Under the pieces are notes generated by a model. That model was not told the origin of the DNA. It did not search any database and was given only the letters and a program-made list of their open reading frames with translations. A stretch of 64,000 nt of DNA from an uncultured Ectothiorhodospiraceae bacterium (GTDB taxonomy: Bacteria; Pseudomonadota; Gammaproteobacteria; J044), in the NCBI GenBank assembly GCA_964641615.1, contig CAZXNH010000006.1, forward strand, positions 14,381 to 78,380, in the 5' to 3' direction. Of this stretch, positions 19,874 through 30,061 are shown piece by piece (position 1 is the first letter of the stretch; every line of letters starts with the position of its first letter). Made by a program: the position numbers and the translations under genes.

Positions 19874-20455
19874 ATGTCGACACTGGTCGCTGTACGAAAA
19901 AACAACAAGATCTGTATCGCAGGAGATAGCCTGACCACCTTTGGGGATACCCGGCTTTCGTCCGAATACGATGCCGCCAGTGACAAGATTCATCCTTATG
20001 CTGATAGCTTTATTGGTGTTGTCGGCAGTGCAGCTCATGCGCTGGTCCTGCAGAGCGTTTTTGACAACAAGGCCGCCCATAAGCATGACCTGTCCAGTCG
20101 GCAGGCTATATTCGAGACATTTCGCGCTCTGCATCCTAAATTAAAAGAGGAATACTTTCTTAACCCTAAAGAGGATGAGGAAGATGCCTATGAGTCATCA
20201 CGCATGGATGTGCTTATCGTGAATGCCAGTGGCATCTTTGGTGTTTATTCTCTGCGCGAAGTCTTTGAATATTCGCGTTTCTGGGCGCTGGGATCGGGTG
20301 CTGAGTTTGCCCTCGGCGCCATGTTTGCTTTGTATGATCGCAGTGACGACGCCGAAGAGATTGCCAGGGCAGGTGTAGAGGCTGGAGCCGAGTTTAATAG
20401 CGCATCTTCACTGCCGCTGACACATTACACAATAGATATGAATGCAGGAGCCTAA
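19874..20455 (+). CDS. Ntn-hydrolase of the HslV/proteasome-beta fold (BPH-like)
   Basis: N-terminus (M)STLVAVRK...AGDSLTTFG parallels HslV TTIVSVRR...AGDGQATLG; Asp17, a Lys33-equivalent (DKI) and the GSG motif are present. Confidence 0.75.
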   Translation: MSTLVAVRKNNKICIAGDSLTTFGDTRLSSEYDAASDKIHPYADSFIGVVGSAAHALVLQSVFDNKAAHKHDLSSRQAIFETFRALHPKLKEEYFLNPKEDEEDAYESSRMDVLIVNASGIFGVYSLREVFEYSRFWALGSGAEFALGAMFALYDRSDDAEEIARAGVEAGAEFNSASSLPLTHYTIDMNAGA

Positions 20456-20458
20456 GCC

Positions 20459-21133
20459 ATGTTTACAGGCATTATTGAAGACGTCGGTAGTATCGCGCGC
20501 CTGGATAAGCGCGGCAGCGATGCCCGCATCTCCGTACAGGTCGGCAAACTCGACATGTCGGACGTGGCGCTGGGCGACAGTATTGCAGTAAACGGAGTCT
20601 GCCTGACGGCAGTTGAGCTCGATGACAGCCACTTTGTTGCTGATGTCTCGGGTGAAACACTGTCAAAAACCGCACTCGGCAACCTGGGTACTGGAAGTGA
20701 GGTAAACCTGGAAAAGGCCCTGACACCAACCACGCGTCTGGGCGGACACCTGGTCAGCGGTCATGTCGACGGCGTTGGTAAGGTGCTGGAGATCAGAGAT
20801 GAAGGGCAGGCGATCTTTATCCGTATCGAGGCGCCGGCTGAGCTGGCCAAATATATCGCTATGAAGGGTTCGATCTGTATCGACGGGGTAAGCCTGACGG
20901 TTAACGGTGTGAATGGCGCTGAATTCGATCTGACAATCGTGCCACACACCCAGCAGGAAACTACCATAAAACATTACCGCCAGGGCACAGCAGTCAACCT
21001 TGAGGTGGACCTGATTGCCCGTTACCTGGAGCGTCTGATTCTGGGCGAACAGGCGGCACATGCAGATGGTACTGGCATTACCGAGGCCTTTCTGGAGCAA
21101 GCGGGCCTGGCATCTGGCAGCAACAAAACCTGA
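20459..21133 (+). CDS. ribE: Riboflavin synthase
   Basis: MFTGIIE start, GDSIAVNGVCLTA, GHLVSGHVDG, VNLEVD. Confidence 0.97.
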   Translation: MFTGIIEDVGSIARLDKRGSDARISVQVGKLDMSDVALGDSIAVNGVCLTAVELDDSHFVADVSGETLSKTALGNLGTGSEVNLEKALTPTTRLGGHLVSGHVDGVGKVLEIRDEGQAIFIRIEAPAELAKYIAMKGSICIDGVSLTVNGVNGAEFDLTIVPHTQQETTIKHYRQGTAVNLEVDLIARYLERLILGEQAAHADGTGITEAFLEQAGLASGSNKT

Positions 21134-21230
21134 CTATCTGAATAAAAAACCGCGCGGAAGCCATTGAAAATATAGTAAGTATCACCTACAGGAGATACTA
21201 TACGCCCTCAAATTGTTAAACGAACACATC

Positions 21231-22343
21231 ATGGCCATAAACACCACCGAAGAAATTATTGAAGACCTCAGAGCAGGGAAAATGGTCATCATCGTTGATG
21301 ACGAGGATCGTGAGAATGAGGGCGATCTTCTCATGCTGGCCTCCTGGGTTCGTCCGGAAGATATCAACTTTATGGCGACTCATGGCCGCGGCCTGATTTG
21401 TCTGACACTTACCCGCGAGCGTTGCGAACAGTTAAACCTGCCTTTAATGGTCGGACAGACCAATGACACCCACGGCACTAATTTCACCGTCTCCATTGAA
21501 GCAGCCGAGGGCGTTACCACGGGTATTTCTGCCTATGACCGGGCGCATACTGTACGAACTGCGGTAGCGCCAAATGCCCAGCCGTCGAACATTGTTCAGC
21601 CTGGGCATATATTCCCACTAATGGCACAGCCCGGTGGTGTTATGACCCGCGCCGGTCACACCGAGGCAGGCTGTGACCTGGCAAGGCTGGCTGACTCTGA
21701 GCCTTCGGCTGTTATTGTCGAGATCCTGAATGAAGACGGCACCATGGCGCGTCGTGACGATCTAGAGGTCTTTGCTAAAGAGCATGGCCTGAAGATTGGC
21801 ACCATTGAAGACCTGATTCGCTACCGCATTGAAAACGAGGGCACGGTTAAACGTGTTGTCGAAACCACACTGAAGACGGAAATGGGTGATTTCGAACTTT
21901 ACGCCTATCAGGATGTTATCGACAAAAGTACGCATCTGGCCCTGGTGAAAGGAAAGATCAATTCAGACGAGCCCGTGGTAGTACGTGTGCATCTTGAGAA
22001 CACAATCTGTGATGTCCTGCCTACGATCAGCCCAAGCTGTGGCTGGCCACTCAGAGATGCCCTGAAGCGTATTGCTGATGAAGAACTGGGTGTCGTCGTT
22101 GTCCTCAGGAAACCAGAATCTGAAGATCAGCTGCTAAACCAGCTCAGACAGATTCAGTTTGGCACCGGTGGTGATGCCCGCCCGGAAAGCGGTGACTCGC
22201 CAGATGATCTGCGTACCCATGGTATCGGCGCCCAGATCCTGCACGATCTGGGTGTGCGCAAAATGCGCCTACTGAGTGCGCCCAAGCGTTTCCATGGGCT
22301 GGGTGGCTTTGACCTTGAAGTGGTGGATTACATCTGGGAGTAG
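21231..22343 (+). CDS. ribB: DHBP synthase fused to a degenerate GTP cyclohydrolase II domain (RibBX-type)
   Basis: [10 protein letters not shown] and RAGHTEA motifs intact; C-terminal domain [20 protein letters not shown] lacks the canonical Zn-binding Cys set. Confidence 0.9.
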   Translation: MAINTTEEIIEDLRAGKMVIIVDDEDRENEGDLLMLASWVRPEDINFMATHGRGLICLTLTRERCEQLNLPLMVGQTNDTHGTNFTVSIEAAEGVTTGISAYDRAHTVRTAVAPNAQPSNIVQPGHIFPLMAQPGGVMTRAGHTEAGCDLARLADSEPSAVIVEILNEDGTMARRDDLEVFAKEHGLKIGTIEDLIRYRIENEGTVKRVVETTLKTEMGDFELYAYQDVIDKSTHLALVKGKINSDEPVVVRVHLENTICDVLPTISPSCGWPLRDALKRIADEELGVVVVLRKPESEDQLLNQLRQIQFGTGGDARPESGDSPDDLRTHGIGAQILHDLGVRKMRLLSAPKRFHGLGGFDLEVVDYIWE

Positions 22344-22390
22344 CGCACGGCCTGCGTTACAATCCGCTATTACGTTTTACAGGTGAGAAA

Positions 22391-22864
22391 ATGAGCAAAA
22401 TGACCGAGATTTCAGGCGATTTTACCAAGGCAGATGCCCGTTACGGCATTATCGTTTCACGCTTTAACGGCTTCGTCGTGGAAAGCCTTCTTGCCGGAGC
22501 CCTGGATGCACTCAAACGTCAGGGCGTCAGCGAAAAGAATATCTCGGTTATTCGTGTGCCTGGCGCATTCGAGATCCCGGTTACTGCCCAGAAAATGGCG
22601 CAGTCTGGAAAATTCGATGCCATTGTTGCCCTCGGCGCTATCATTCGCGGCGCTACACCGCACTTTGATATTGTCGCTAATGAGAGCGCTAAAGGCCTGT
22701 CCAGCGTGGCCCTGTCTTCAGGAATACCTGTTATCAACGGCATCCTCACCACTGACACCATCGAACAGTCTATTGAACGCGCCGGAACCAAGGCTGGTAA
22801 CAAGGGCGCCGAAGCAGCGCTGGGCGCGATCGAGATGATCTCAGTCCTGAAGCAACTGGGCTGA
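22391..22864 (+). CDS. ribH: Lumazine synthase
   Basis: [31 protein letters not shown]. Confidence 0.97.
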   Translation: MSKMTEISGDFTKADARYGIIVSRFNGFVVESLLAGALDALKRQGVSEKNISVIRVPGAFEIPVTAQKMAQSGKFDAIVALGAIIRGATPHFDIVANESAKGLSSVALSSGIPVINGILTTDTIEQSIERAGTKAGNKGAEAALGAIEMISVLKQLG

Positions 22865-22867
22865 TAT

Positions 22868-23317
22868 ATGTCTGCTGCTGATCCAAGGCGACTGGCCGCA
22901 GAACGCCGTCGCTCACGTCGACTCGCCATGCAGGCCCTCTATCAGTGGCAGATGGCGGGTGAAAACGTCCAGGAAATCATTAACCAGTTTCTCGCCGAAC
23001 AGGATGTTAAGGGTGCGGACCTGGGCTATTTCCGCGAATTAATCGAAAAGATTACCCAGTCTACTGACGAGCTTGATGAGGCAATTTCGCCACTACTGAA
23101 TCGCCCAATTGAAGAGCTCGGTGCCGTAGAACGCGGCATACTGTACATTGGCATGTATGAACTCCTGCATCGTATCGATATCCCCTTCAAGGTCGTGATT
23201 AGTGAAGCCGTCGCGCTGACCAAGAAGTTTGGCGCTGATCAGGCACACAAGTTTGTTAATGGCGTTCTTGATCGCGCGGCAAAAGAATCACGCAAGCTGG
23301 AGCAGGGCAGCTTCTAA
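22868..23317 (+). CDS. nusB: Antitermination factor NusB
   Basis: RRRSRRLAMQALYQW, EAVALTKKFG, FVNGVLD. Confidence 0.96.
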   Translation: MSAADPRRLAAERRRSRRLAMQALYQWQMAGENVQEIINQFLAEQDVKGADLGYFRELIEKITQSTDELDEAISPLLNRPIEELGAVERGILYIGMYELLHRIDIPFKVVISEAVALTKKFGADQAHKFVNGVLDRAAKESRKLEQGSF

Positions 23318-23325
23318 GTTCCGAC

Positions 23326-24285
23326 ATGGCCTCGGAATTCGAACTTATTCACAAGTATTTCCAGTCCACAGACCTGCCGGACAACGTCACGCTTGGCGTT
23401 GGTGATGATGCCGCGCTGCTGAATATGCCTGAGGGGCATCAACTCGTGGTTACGGTTGATACGCTCATCGAAGGCGTCCATTTTCCCGTAAATACTTCCC
23501 CGGAAGATATTGGCCACAAGGCGCTAGCCGTCAATCTTAGTGATCTCGCGGCCATGGGGGCTTCTCCGCGTTGGGTGACACTTGCCCTGTCCCTGCCTTC
23601 TGCAGATGAGGGCTGGGTAGAAAAATTTGCCCAGGACTTCATGGCGCTGGCTCAAAAGCATGGCGTTAGTCTTGTTGGTGGAGATACTACTCGCGGCACT
23701 CTGAGCATTACCGTTCAGGCCATGGGCTGGGCAAACAATGCCATGTCTTTGCTGCGATCAGCGGCTAGTGAAGGAGACGATATCTATGTTTCTGGAACCA
23801 TCGGAGACGCAGGGCTGGCCCTGCAAATGCTATCAGAGCGGGGGGTGATCCCCGATTCACTGTTAAAGGCCCTGAATCGCCCTGAGCCCAGGATCGACCT
23901 GGGTATGGCCCTGAGCGGCATAGCCAATGCCTGCATCGATGTTTCGGACGGATTGATTGCAGACCTTGGACACATTCTTGAAGCGAGCGAGGTTGGCGCT
24001 GAGCTTTCACTTGACTCCCTGCCGTACGGCAGTTTTGTCAAACAGTGGCTGTATGCAGGCAATGACCCAACATTGCCCCTGACCTGGGGAGATGACTACG
24101 AGCTCTTATTCACGGCATCACCCGAACAGGCCTCCACCATTCAGGCACTGTCAGTCAACCTGGGCCTTCCGTTAACCCGTATTGGTAAAATCACCGAACA
24201 ACCGGGGTTGCACATCTTTACCCCTGAAGGTGAAATCGCTAATGTGGCTGGTACCGGCTACGATCATTTTGGAAATCACGCATGA
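23326..24285 (+). CDS. thiL: Thiamine-monophosphate kinase
   Basis: EFELI, GDDAA, NLSDLAAMGA, GGDT, DVSDGL, GDDYELLF. Confidence 0.97.
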   Translation: MASEFELIHKYFQSTDLPDNVTLGVGDDAALLNMPEGHQLVVTVDTLIEGVHFPVNTSPEDIGHKALAVNLSDLAAMGASPRWVTLALSLPSADEGWVEKFAQDFMALAQKHGVSLVGGDTTRGTLSITVQAMGWANNAMSLLRSAASEGDDIYVSGTIGDAGLALQMLSERGVIPDSLLKALNRPEPRIDLGMALSGIANACIDVSDGLIADLGHILEASEVGAELSLDSLPYGSFVKQWLYAGNDPTLPLTWGDDYELLFTASPEQASTIQALSVNLGLPLTRIGKITEQPGLHIFTPEGEIANVAGTGYDHFGNHA

Positions 24286-24782
24286 GACCACTCAATCAGC
24301 CGCCCGCAAAGGTCGTCCTGACCAATCCCGTACATTTCCTGGCCTTCGGCTTTGGCTCAGGACTCTCTCCTGTAGCTCCAGGCACCACCGGCACTATGGC
24401 CGCTATACCGATTGCCTGGTTAATGGCTGAATACCTGACATTGCCGCTTTATCTGGCCGTTACGCTGATTGCCATGGTAGTGGGTTTCTGGATCTGTGGA
24501 CGATCCTCGGAGATGCTGGGCGTGCATGACCATCGCGGCATCGTCTGGGATGAGTTTGTGGGTTATTTCATTACCATGATTGCCGTACCCCAGACCTGGT
24601 ACTGGATGCTGCTGGGTTTCCTGCTGTTCCGATTCTTCGATATCTTCAAACCCTGGCCTGCCAAGCAGTTCGATGCCTCTCTGCATAATGGCGTGGGTAT
24701 TATGATTGATGATGTGATTGCCGGTCTGTACGCGCTGGCCTGTATGCATCTGTGTATTTATGGCTACAATCACTGGCTATGA
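24282..24782 (+). CDS. pgpA: Phosphatidylglycerophosphatase A
   Basis: GSGLSPVAPGTTG, IVWDEFVG, FRFFDIFKPWP, GIMIDD. Confidence 0.96.
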   Translation: MRPLNQPPAKVVLTNPVHFLAFGFGSGLSPVAPGTTGTMAAIPIAWLMAEYLTLPLYLAVTLIAMVVGFWICGRSSEMLGVHDHRGIVWDEFVGYFITMIAVPQTWYWMLLGFLLFRFFDIFKPWPAKQFDASLHNGVGIMIDDVIAGLYALACMHLCIYGYNHWL

Positions 24783-25867
24783 TTCAGGGTTTTAATATAT
24801 CGGCAATTGAAAGCTTTCTGCTTGAGTTACTCGGGCAATTGACAGCGCTTGATATACTCATACTCGTAATTGCCTTTATCCTGCTTCTTTCATCACCCTT
24901 GCTTGCCAAATATTTTCATGGCGGCAATAAGGCTGTCAGGGCAAAAATCGGGATATTTCGCGCCATAAATATCCTCATTATTGGCGTCATGCTCTTTTAT
25001 CACCTCCTGGTACCTAATCTTGCTGAGTCCTGGGTGCTGCGGGCTATATCCAGTTTCGTAACGATTTACTTTGCTTATCTTTTGATTCACATAACGTCGT
25101 TTTTTATTAAACGTCGGTATGGACGCAAACACGAAGTCAACGGTGAGGTGCTGCATACAGTTACTTACCACAGTCGATTGCTCTCATTGATTGCCGGCAC
25201 CCTGATTACGATTGTTGCACTGATTGCTGTAATACGGATTCTGGGTTTCGAAAGCCTCCTTGAGGCGGGCGGTGTACTGGGGGTTATTGGTGTCATCCTG
25301 GCGTTGTCCCAGGCTTCCTGGGCCCCGGATTTAATCGCAGGCCTTATTATTTTGAATAGCAGCCTGGTGGAAGAGGGAGATGTCATTGAGATATCTGGTA
25401 ATGATGCTCTGACAGGAAGCATTTTCAAAACCAAGATATTTCATACCGAAATACTGAATCTGGCCAATAATCATCGCGTCATGATACGTAATACCCAGTT
25501 GCGTAATTATGCGATCAATAATCTTTCCAAGTTTACATCGGCTCGTGGTTTGCGCGAAAAGCTCGTCTTCAAGATTGGTTATGAAGTACCACCTGAAAAA
25601 GTACGCGACTTCTTTTTGCGGGTATACGAGTCTGCCAGTAAGTTCGATGAGCTTTCGATCGAAAAAGATTGTCCCTTTGAGGTCAGTGTGGCTGATACCG
25701 CTGACTATGCTGTAGTTTGGTCCCTCGGCTATTACACAAAAGACGTTAAATCTGTCTTAAAGACCAGGGTTCAGCTACGCGAACTGGTGCTGAAGATGTC
25801 TTTTGATTCAGGCATACAATTAGCTACACCAACACAACTTATGATGCAAAATGAGGTGGCGTCTTGA
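24779..25867 (+). CDS. MscS-family mechanosensitive channel
   Basis: N-terminal transmembrane helices, DLIAGLIIL...EGDVIEI, INNLS; ATGA overlap with pgpA. Confidence 0.8.
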   Translation: MIQGFNISAIESFLLELLGQLTALDILILVIAFILLLSSPLLAKYFHGGNKAVRAKIGIFRAINILIIGVMLFYHLLVPNLAESWVLRAISSFVTIYFAYLLIHITSFFIKRRYGRKHEVNGEVLHTVTYHSRLLSLIAGTLITIVALIAVIRILGFESLLEAGGVLGVIGVILALSQASWAPDLIAGLIILNSSLVEEGDVIEISGNDALTGSIFKTKIFHTEILNLANNHRVMIRNTQLRNYAINNLSKFTSARGLREKLVFKIGYEVPPEKVRDFFLRVYESASKFDELSIEKDCPFEVSVADTADYAVVWSLGYYTKDVKSVLKTRVQLRELVLKMSFDSGIQLATPTQLMMQNEVAS

Positions 25868-26502
25868 AAGTCCTGTCCCTCACGCTGTTACTTGCTTTAT
25901 TGATTGGCAACGCTCACGCCGTCAGCAAGATCGAGATTGTTGCCCTGTTCACCGGTAAGGCGGTCATACTTGTCGATGGAAAACGCCAGCTCATTGCAGA
26001 TGGCGATATCACGGAAGAGGGTGTCGAGGCAGTACGTATCAATAGCTCGCGCGCCATTCTCAGGGTAGATGGCGAAGAACTGGTTCTGACCCTGAATAAT
26101 CGTATTGGTGGTCCTTATCAGAAGAAAAAGGTCATTACTGAATCTGTCTACAAGCTCAGAAACGGACAATACATTGCAGCAGGCGGTATCAATGGCGTAC
26201 CCGTACAGTTCATGATCGATACGGGTGCAAGCCGGGTGGCTATTTCAGCCAACGAGGCGCGCCGTATCGGTATCGATTACGAGAAAAAGGGTACGCCCAT
26301 AGAAGTCAGCACGGCTTCGCATCGCTGGCCCGCCTATGCCCTGAACTTTGACAAGGTGCGTCTGGGGCAGATTGAGCTTCGCAATGTCGCGGGTATTGTC
26401 GTTGATAGCAACAAGCCCGATGTGCCTTTGCTGGGCATGTCTTTTCTGAACCAGGTAGAGGTCTCTACACAGGGTCAGGTCATGACCCTGACCTACGATT
26501 AG
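25864..26502 (+). CDS. Clan AA retropepsin-like aspartic protease
   Basis: FMIDTGAS catalytic motif, LLGMSFL; signal peptide. Confidence 0.9.
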   Translation: MKVLSLTLLLALLIGNAHAVSKIEIVALFTGKAVILVDGKRQLIADGDITEEGVEAVRINSSRAILRVDGEELVLTLNNRIGGPYQKKKVITESVYKLRNGQYIAAGGINGVPVQFMIDTGASRVAISANEARRIGIDYEKKGTPIEVSTASHRWPAYALNFDKVRLGQIELRNVAGIVVDSNKPDVPLLGMSFLNQVEVSTQGQVMTLTYD

Positions 26503-26558
26503 GGCCGTTTTGGACGCCACCTCCGCAGTGAACCATGGTATTATTCTTTCCGCGTTTA

Positions 26559-26675
26559 TGGTGGCCTGCATTGGTTCCCTCGCGACGAAAAGCTGTGAAC
26601 CCCGCCAGGCCCGGAAGGGAGCAACGGTAACAGTGGACTCGGGTGCCGGGGTGTAGCTGGTGCGGGTCGCCACCC
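26559..26675 (+). ncRNA. ffs: Signal recognition particle 4.5S RNA
   Basis: Domain IV GCCAGG-CCCGGAAGGG-AGCA; complementary ends GGTGGC/GCCACC; upstream of dnaX; extended -10 TGgTATTAT at 26536-26544. Confidence 0.93.
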
Positions 26676-26730
26676 AATTACAATAATGATAATTATCAAT
26701 TCGTTACAAGGCACTCTTTGAGCTTATTCT

Positions 26731-28365
26731 ATGAGCTATCAGGTACTTGCCCGTAAGTGGCGCTCTCGCAATTTCGAAGAACTGGTCGGCCAGACACATG
26801 TACGCCGCGCACTCGTAAATGCGCTCGAGGAAGACCGTCTCCATCACGCCTATTTATTCACGGGTACCCGTGGGGTCGGCAAGACTACGATTGCCCGAAT
26901 CTTTGCCAAGTGCCTGAACTGCGATACCGGCGTAACTGCCACGCCCTGTGGTGTATGTGAGTCCTGCAAGGCCATTGATGAAGGACGCTTTGTCGACCTG
27001 ATCGAGGTGGATGCTGCCTCACGCACCAAAGTTGAGGACACCCGCGAACTGCTGGATAACGTGCAGTACGCGCCTACACGCGGTCGCTTCAAGGTCTACC
27101 TGATCGATGAGGTGCACATGCTCTCAGGGCATAGTTTCAATGCTCTGCTCAAGACACTGGAAGAGCCGCCTCCGCATGTTAAATTCCTGCTTGCAACGAC
27201 TGATCCGCAGAAACTTCCGGTAACGGTTCTCTCACGTTGTCTTCAGTTCAACCTGAAGCGCATGGCGCCTCAGATGATCGTCGATCATCTACAGCATATC
27301 CTGAAGGAAGAGGGGATTGAACACGAGTTGCCCGCGCTGAACATGATTGCTCGTGCAGCCGATGGCAGTATGCGTGATGGCCTGAGCCTGCTGGACCAGG
27401 CAATCGCCTTCTGTGGCGGCAAGGTAAAGACTGACGAAGTCTCCGAAATGCTGGGCACGGTTTCACGAGAGCACCTCTATCGCATTGCAGAAGCGCTGAT
27501 TGCTCAGAATCCCGGCCAGGTTATGAGCGTCGTTGCTGAGCTCGCGGAACAAGCCCCTGATTTTGAAGATGTGCTGGCCGATCTGATCACGCTCTTGCAC
27601 CAGGTAGCCCTGATGCAGACCGTCCCTGCGGCCCTGGAGCTACCGGATGAAGACAGGGTAAGGCTGGAGACCCTGGCTAATGGCATACACCCTGAAGACC
27701 TGCAGCTGTACTATCAGATAGCCCTACAGGGCCGTAAAGACATGCCTGTTGCACCTGACCTGAAGGATGCCTTCGAGATGGTGCTACTGCGAATGCTGGT
27801 TTTTCGCCCAGCCGGTGATGCAGAACTCGCAGCACCGGCAGCACAGGGTACGGCCCAGACTGTAGCAAGGCCCGAACCCCAGGCAAAAACTGCAAGCACA
27901 CCCGAGCCTGTCTCAGCCCCTGAACAAAAGCCTGTTGCTCCCTCTCCGGCGCCAGAAGCTCCTAGGGTTGCGCATTCTTTAGAAGAATTTAAAGACTGGG
28001 TGACGTTACTTCCCAATCTTGGACTTAGCGCCATGGTGAAGGAACTAGCCAATAACTGCTTCGTAGAAACCTGGAATGAAGAGCAGGTCGTACTGGGTAT
28101 CGATAAGAGCAAGGAATACCTGGCAACAGACAAATCCCGTGAGCGTATTGCTCAGTGCATATGCGATTACTTCGGACAGAACATAGCAGTGAAAATTCAG
28201 GCCTCTGAGGCCCAGATTGAAACACCAGCCATGTCCAGAGAAAGGGCTGCTGAAGAGAAGCAGAAGGCCGCAGAATCATCTGTCGAACATGATGACTTTA
28301 TCCAGGCCATGCAGGATGCATTCGATGCTGAGGTCGTACCAGGTACCGTAAAACCCAACTCATAG
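26731..28365 (+). CDS. dnaX: DNA polymerase III subunit gamma/tau
   Basis: MSYQVLARKWR, GTRGVGKTT, CGVCESC, DEVHMLS, SRC; Pro/Ala linker; tau C-terminal domain. Confidence 0.98.
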   Translation: MSYQVLARKWRSRNFEELVGQTHVRRALVNALEEDRLHHAYLFTGTRGVGKTTIARIFAKCLNCDTGVTATPCGVCESCKAIDEGRFVDLIEVDAASRTKVEDTRELLDNVQYAPTRGRFKVYLIDEVHMLSGHSFNALLKTLEEPPPHVKFLLATTDPQKLPVTVLSRCLQFNLKRMAPQMIVDHLQHILKEEGIEHELPALNMIARAADGSMRDGLSLLDQAIAFCGGKVKTDEVSEMLGTVSREHLYRIAEALIAQNPGQVMSVVAELAEQAPDFEDVLADLITLLHQVALMQTVPAALELPDEDRVRLETLANGIHPEDLQLYYQIALQGRKDMPVAPDLKDAFEMVLLRMLVFRPAGDAELAAPAAQGTAQTVARPEPQAKTASTPEPVSAPEQKPVAPSPAPEAPRVAHSLEEFKDWVTLLPNLGLSAMVKELANNCFVETWNEEQVVLGIDKSKEYLATDKSRERIAQCICDYFGQNIAVKIQASEAQIETPAMSRERAAEEKQKAAESSVEHDDFIQAMQDAFDAEVVPGTVKPNS

Positions 28366-28428
28366 TTTCGACGGTTAGCTTGCCAAAGAAACTTTTTCTT
28401 GTCGGCAAGTTATGTTCGGATTAAACAT

Positions 28429-29046
28429 CTAGAGTATCCCAAACAATCCTAGCGACTCTTTGAATAACATTAGAGCGAAAACACACATCACAACGCCAAG
28501 CATACGCATGGTATTCACATAGATTTTACCCTGTAGGAACGCTCTCGATTGTCCGACAAGTGCGGCCAGAAGAATCTTGGCGCCTATCAGGCAGACATAA
28601 AACCCCAGGATAAATACAAAAGGCAAGGCCATGCTGGTTTTCATCGCCTTACTAAGAATAGGCGTGCCCACGGTCAACCAGAAGATATAGGGGTGCGGGC
28701 TGAGCGCATTGGCCACGATGCCTTTAGCCAGAGACCTGGGAGGCTCGGGTGGCTGCTCGAAGATGTTCTGTTTTATCCGCAGGCTGGATATCCCCAACCA
28801 GAGAACAAAACCACTGCCCAGCAGGGCGATCACGCCGATAACTGGCTTCGCATCAGCGAGCAATACGGAGAGTAAAAAGGTGAGGGTAATAATGGGGATA
28901 TCCGTGATGAGCGGGGCCAGCGCCACCCTCATGCCCGATCCGACACCATGTCGCAGGGTTTCGCTAATAACGAGGGCTAGCAAGGGCCCAGGAGCAAACC
29001 CGGCAGAGAGCCCGAGAATTATTCCAGCTGTTATTAATTCGATCAT
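28429..29046 (-). CDS. LysE-family translocator
   Basis: APGP, G...ALAPLITD, NALSPHPYIFW; six hydrophobic segments. Confidence 0.85.
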   Translation of the reverse strand: MIELITAGIILGLSAGFAPGPLLALVISETLRHGVGSGMRVALAPLITDIPIITLTFLLSVLLADAKPVIGVIALLGSGFVLWLGISSLRIKQNIFEQPPEPPRSLAKGIVANALSPHPYIFWLTVGTPILSKAMKTSMALPFVFILGFYVCLIGAKILLAALVGQSRAFLQGKIYVNTMRMLGVVMCVFALMLFKESLGLFGIL

Positions 29047-29133
29047 GAGTACATCACTAAGCGTCCAGACCTCATCATAGGTGGTATTTTCCTGGAATGA
29101 CTAGTGCTTCAGACATTCTGGTATTCTTTCCCT

Positions 29134-30012
29134 ATGCAACAGCCAATTCTAAAGCTCCTTGCAGTCCTATTCCCTCTCTTCTGGCTGGTTGCCTGCGCGA
29201 GCCTGCCAGATGAGGAGCCTGAGCCACGGGTTGTTATACCTATGGACAGACCACATCAGGGATCACTCAGCGTCCTGAGCCTCAATCTGGCGCACGGCCG
29301 CAAGGACGCGGTTAATCAACTTTTTCTTTCCAGGGAAGACTTTGAAAACAACCTGTCAGAAATCGCAGACCTGATTATAGAGACTGATGCAGATATCGTA
29401 GCCCTGCAGGAGGCAGACGGTCCCTCACGCTGGAGTGGGGGATTTGACCATGTTGCCGCACTAGCTGAAGATGCCGACTATCCCTGGTTTGAACGGGCCA
29501 GCCATGCCCGGAGCTGGTTGTTTGATTACGGTACGGCATTGCTTTCCAGGCAACCCTTTGAAGAAGTTCTGAATCATACCTTCGAGCCCTCGCCCCCCAC
29601 CATGAATAAGGGACTGATGCTTGGCCAGATTTCCTGGCAGAAGGAGGAAGGCAACAAGCCTTTGCTGGTAGATATCATCTCGGTGCATCTGGACTTTTCT
29701 CGTCAGAGTGTTCGCGAGAAACAAATCGAAGAACTGGGAAACACACTTAAGGGGCGCAATAATCCTGTTGTCATCCTGGGGGACTTCAACAGCGACTGGT
29801 TCTCAGAGGCCTCTATCGTTCAGTCCCTTGCAGATAAGGCTGGGTTGCAGGTATACAGGCCAGAGGCTACTGATCTCGGCACGTACAAAGAAGGACAAAA
29901 GCGCCTGGACTGGATTCTGATCTCAAATGAACTGAAGTTTGTTGAATACACGGTACTGCCTACAGGTGTGTCAGACCATTTTCCAGTCTATGCAGAGATA
30001 GTGATTCGCTAA
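29134..30012 (+). CDS. Endonuclease/exonuclease/phosphatase-family lipoprotein
   Basis: Lipobox LVAC; LNL, DIVALQE, SVHL, LGDFN, LDWIL, SDHFPV. Confidence 0.88.
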   Translation: MQQPILKLLAVLFPLFWLVACASLPDEEPEPRVVIPMDRPHQGSLSVLSLNLAHGRKDAVNQLFLSREDFENNLSEIADLIIETDADIVALQEADGPSRWSGGFDHVAALAEDADYPWFERASHARSWLFDYGTALLSRQPFEEVLNHTFEPSPPTMNKGLMLGQISWQKEEGNKPLLVDIISVHLDFSRQSVREKQIEELGNTLKGRNNPVVILGDFNSDWFSEASIVQSLADKAGLQVYRPEATDLGTYKEGQKRLDWILISNELKFVEYTVLPTGVSDHFPVYAEIVIR

Positions 30013-30061
30013 ATAATGCTACGCTTTAAATAGAGATAACGGAACAGATTGCGAGGGTTAG

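Noticed and set aside
26559-26731. ffs used as a transposon attachment site
   Set aside because: ffs runs directly into dnaX with no inserted element or terminal repeats.
27800-28000. Programmed -1 frameshift in dnaX (gamma/tau)
   Set aside because: No A-AAA-AAG slippery heptamer was seen in the linker region.
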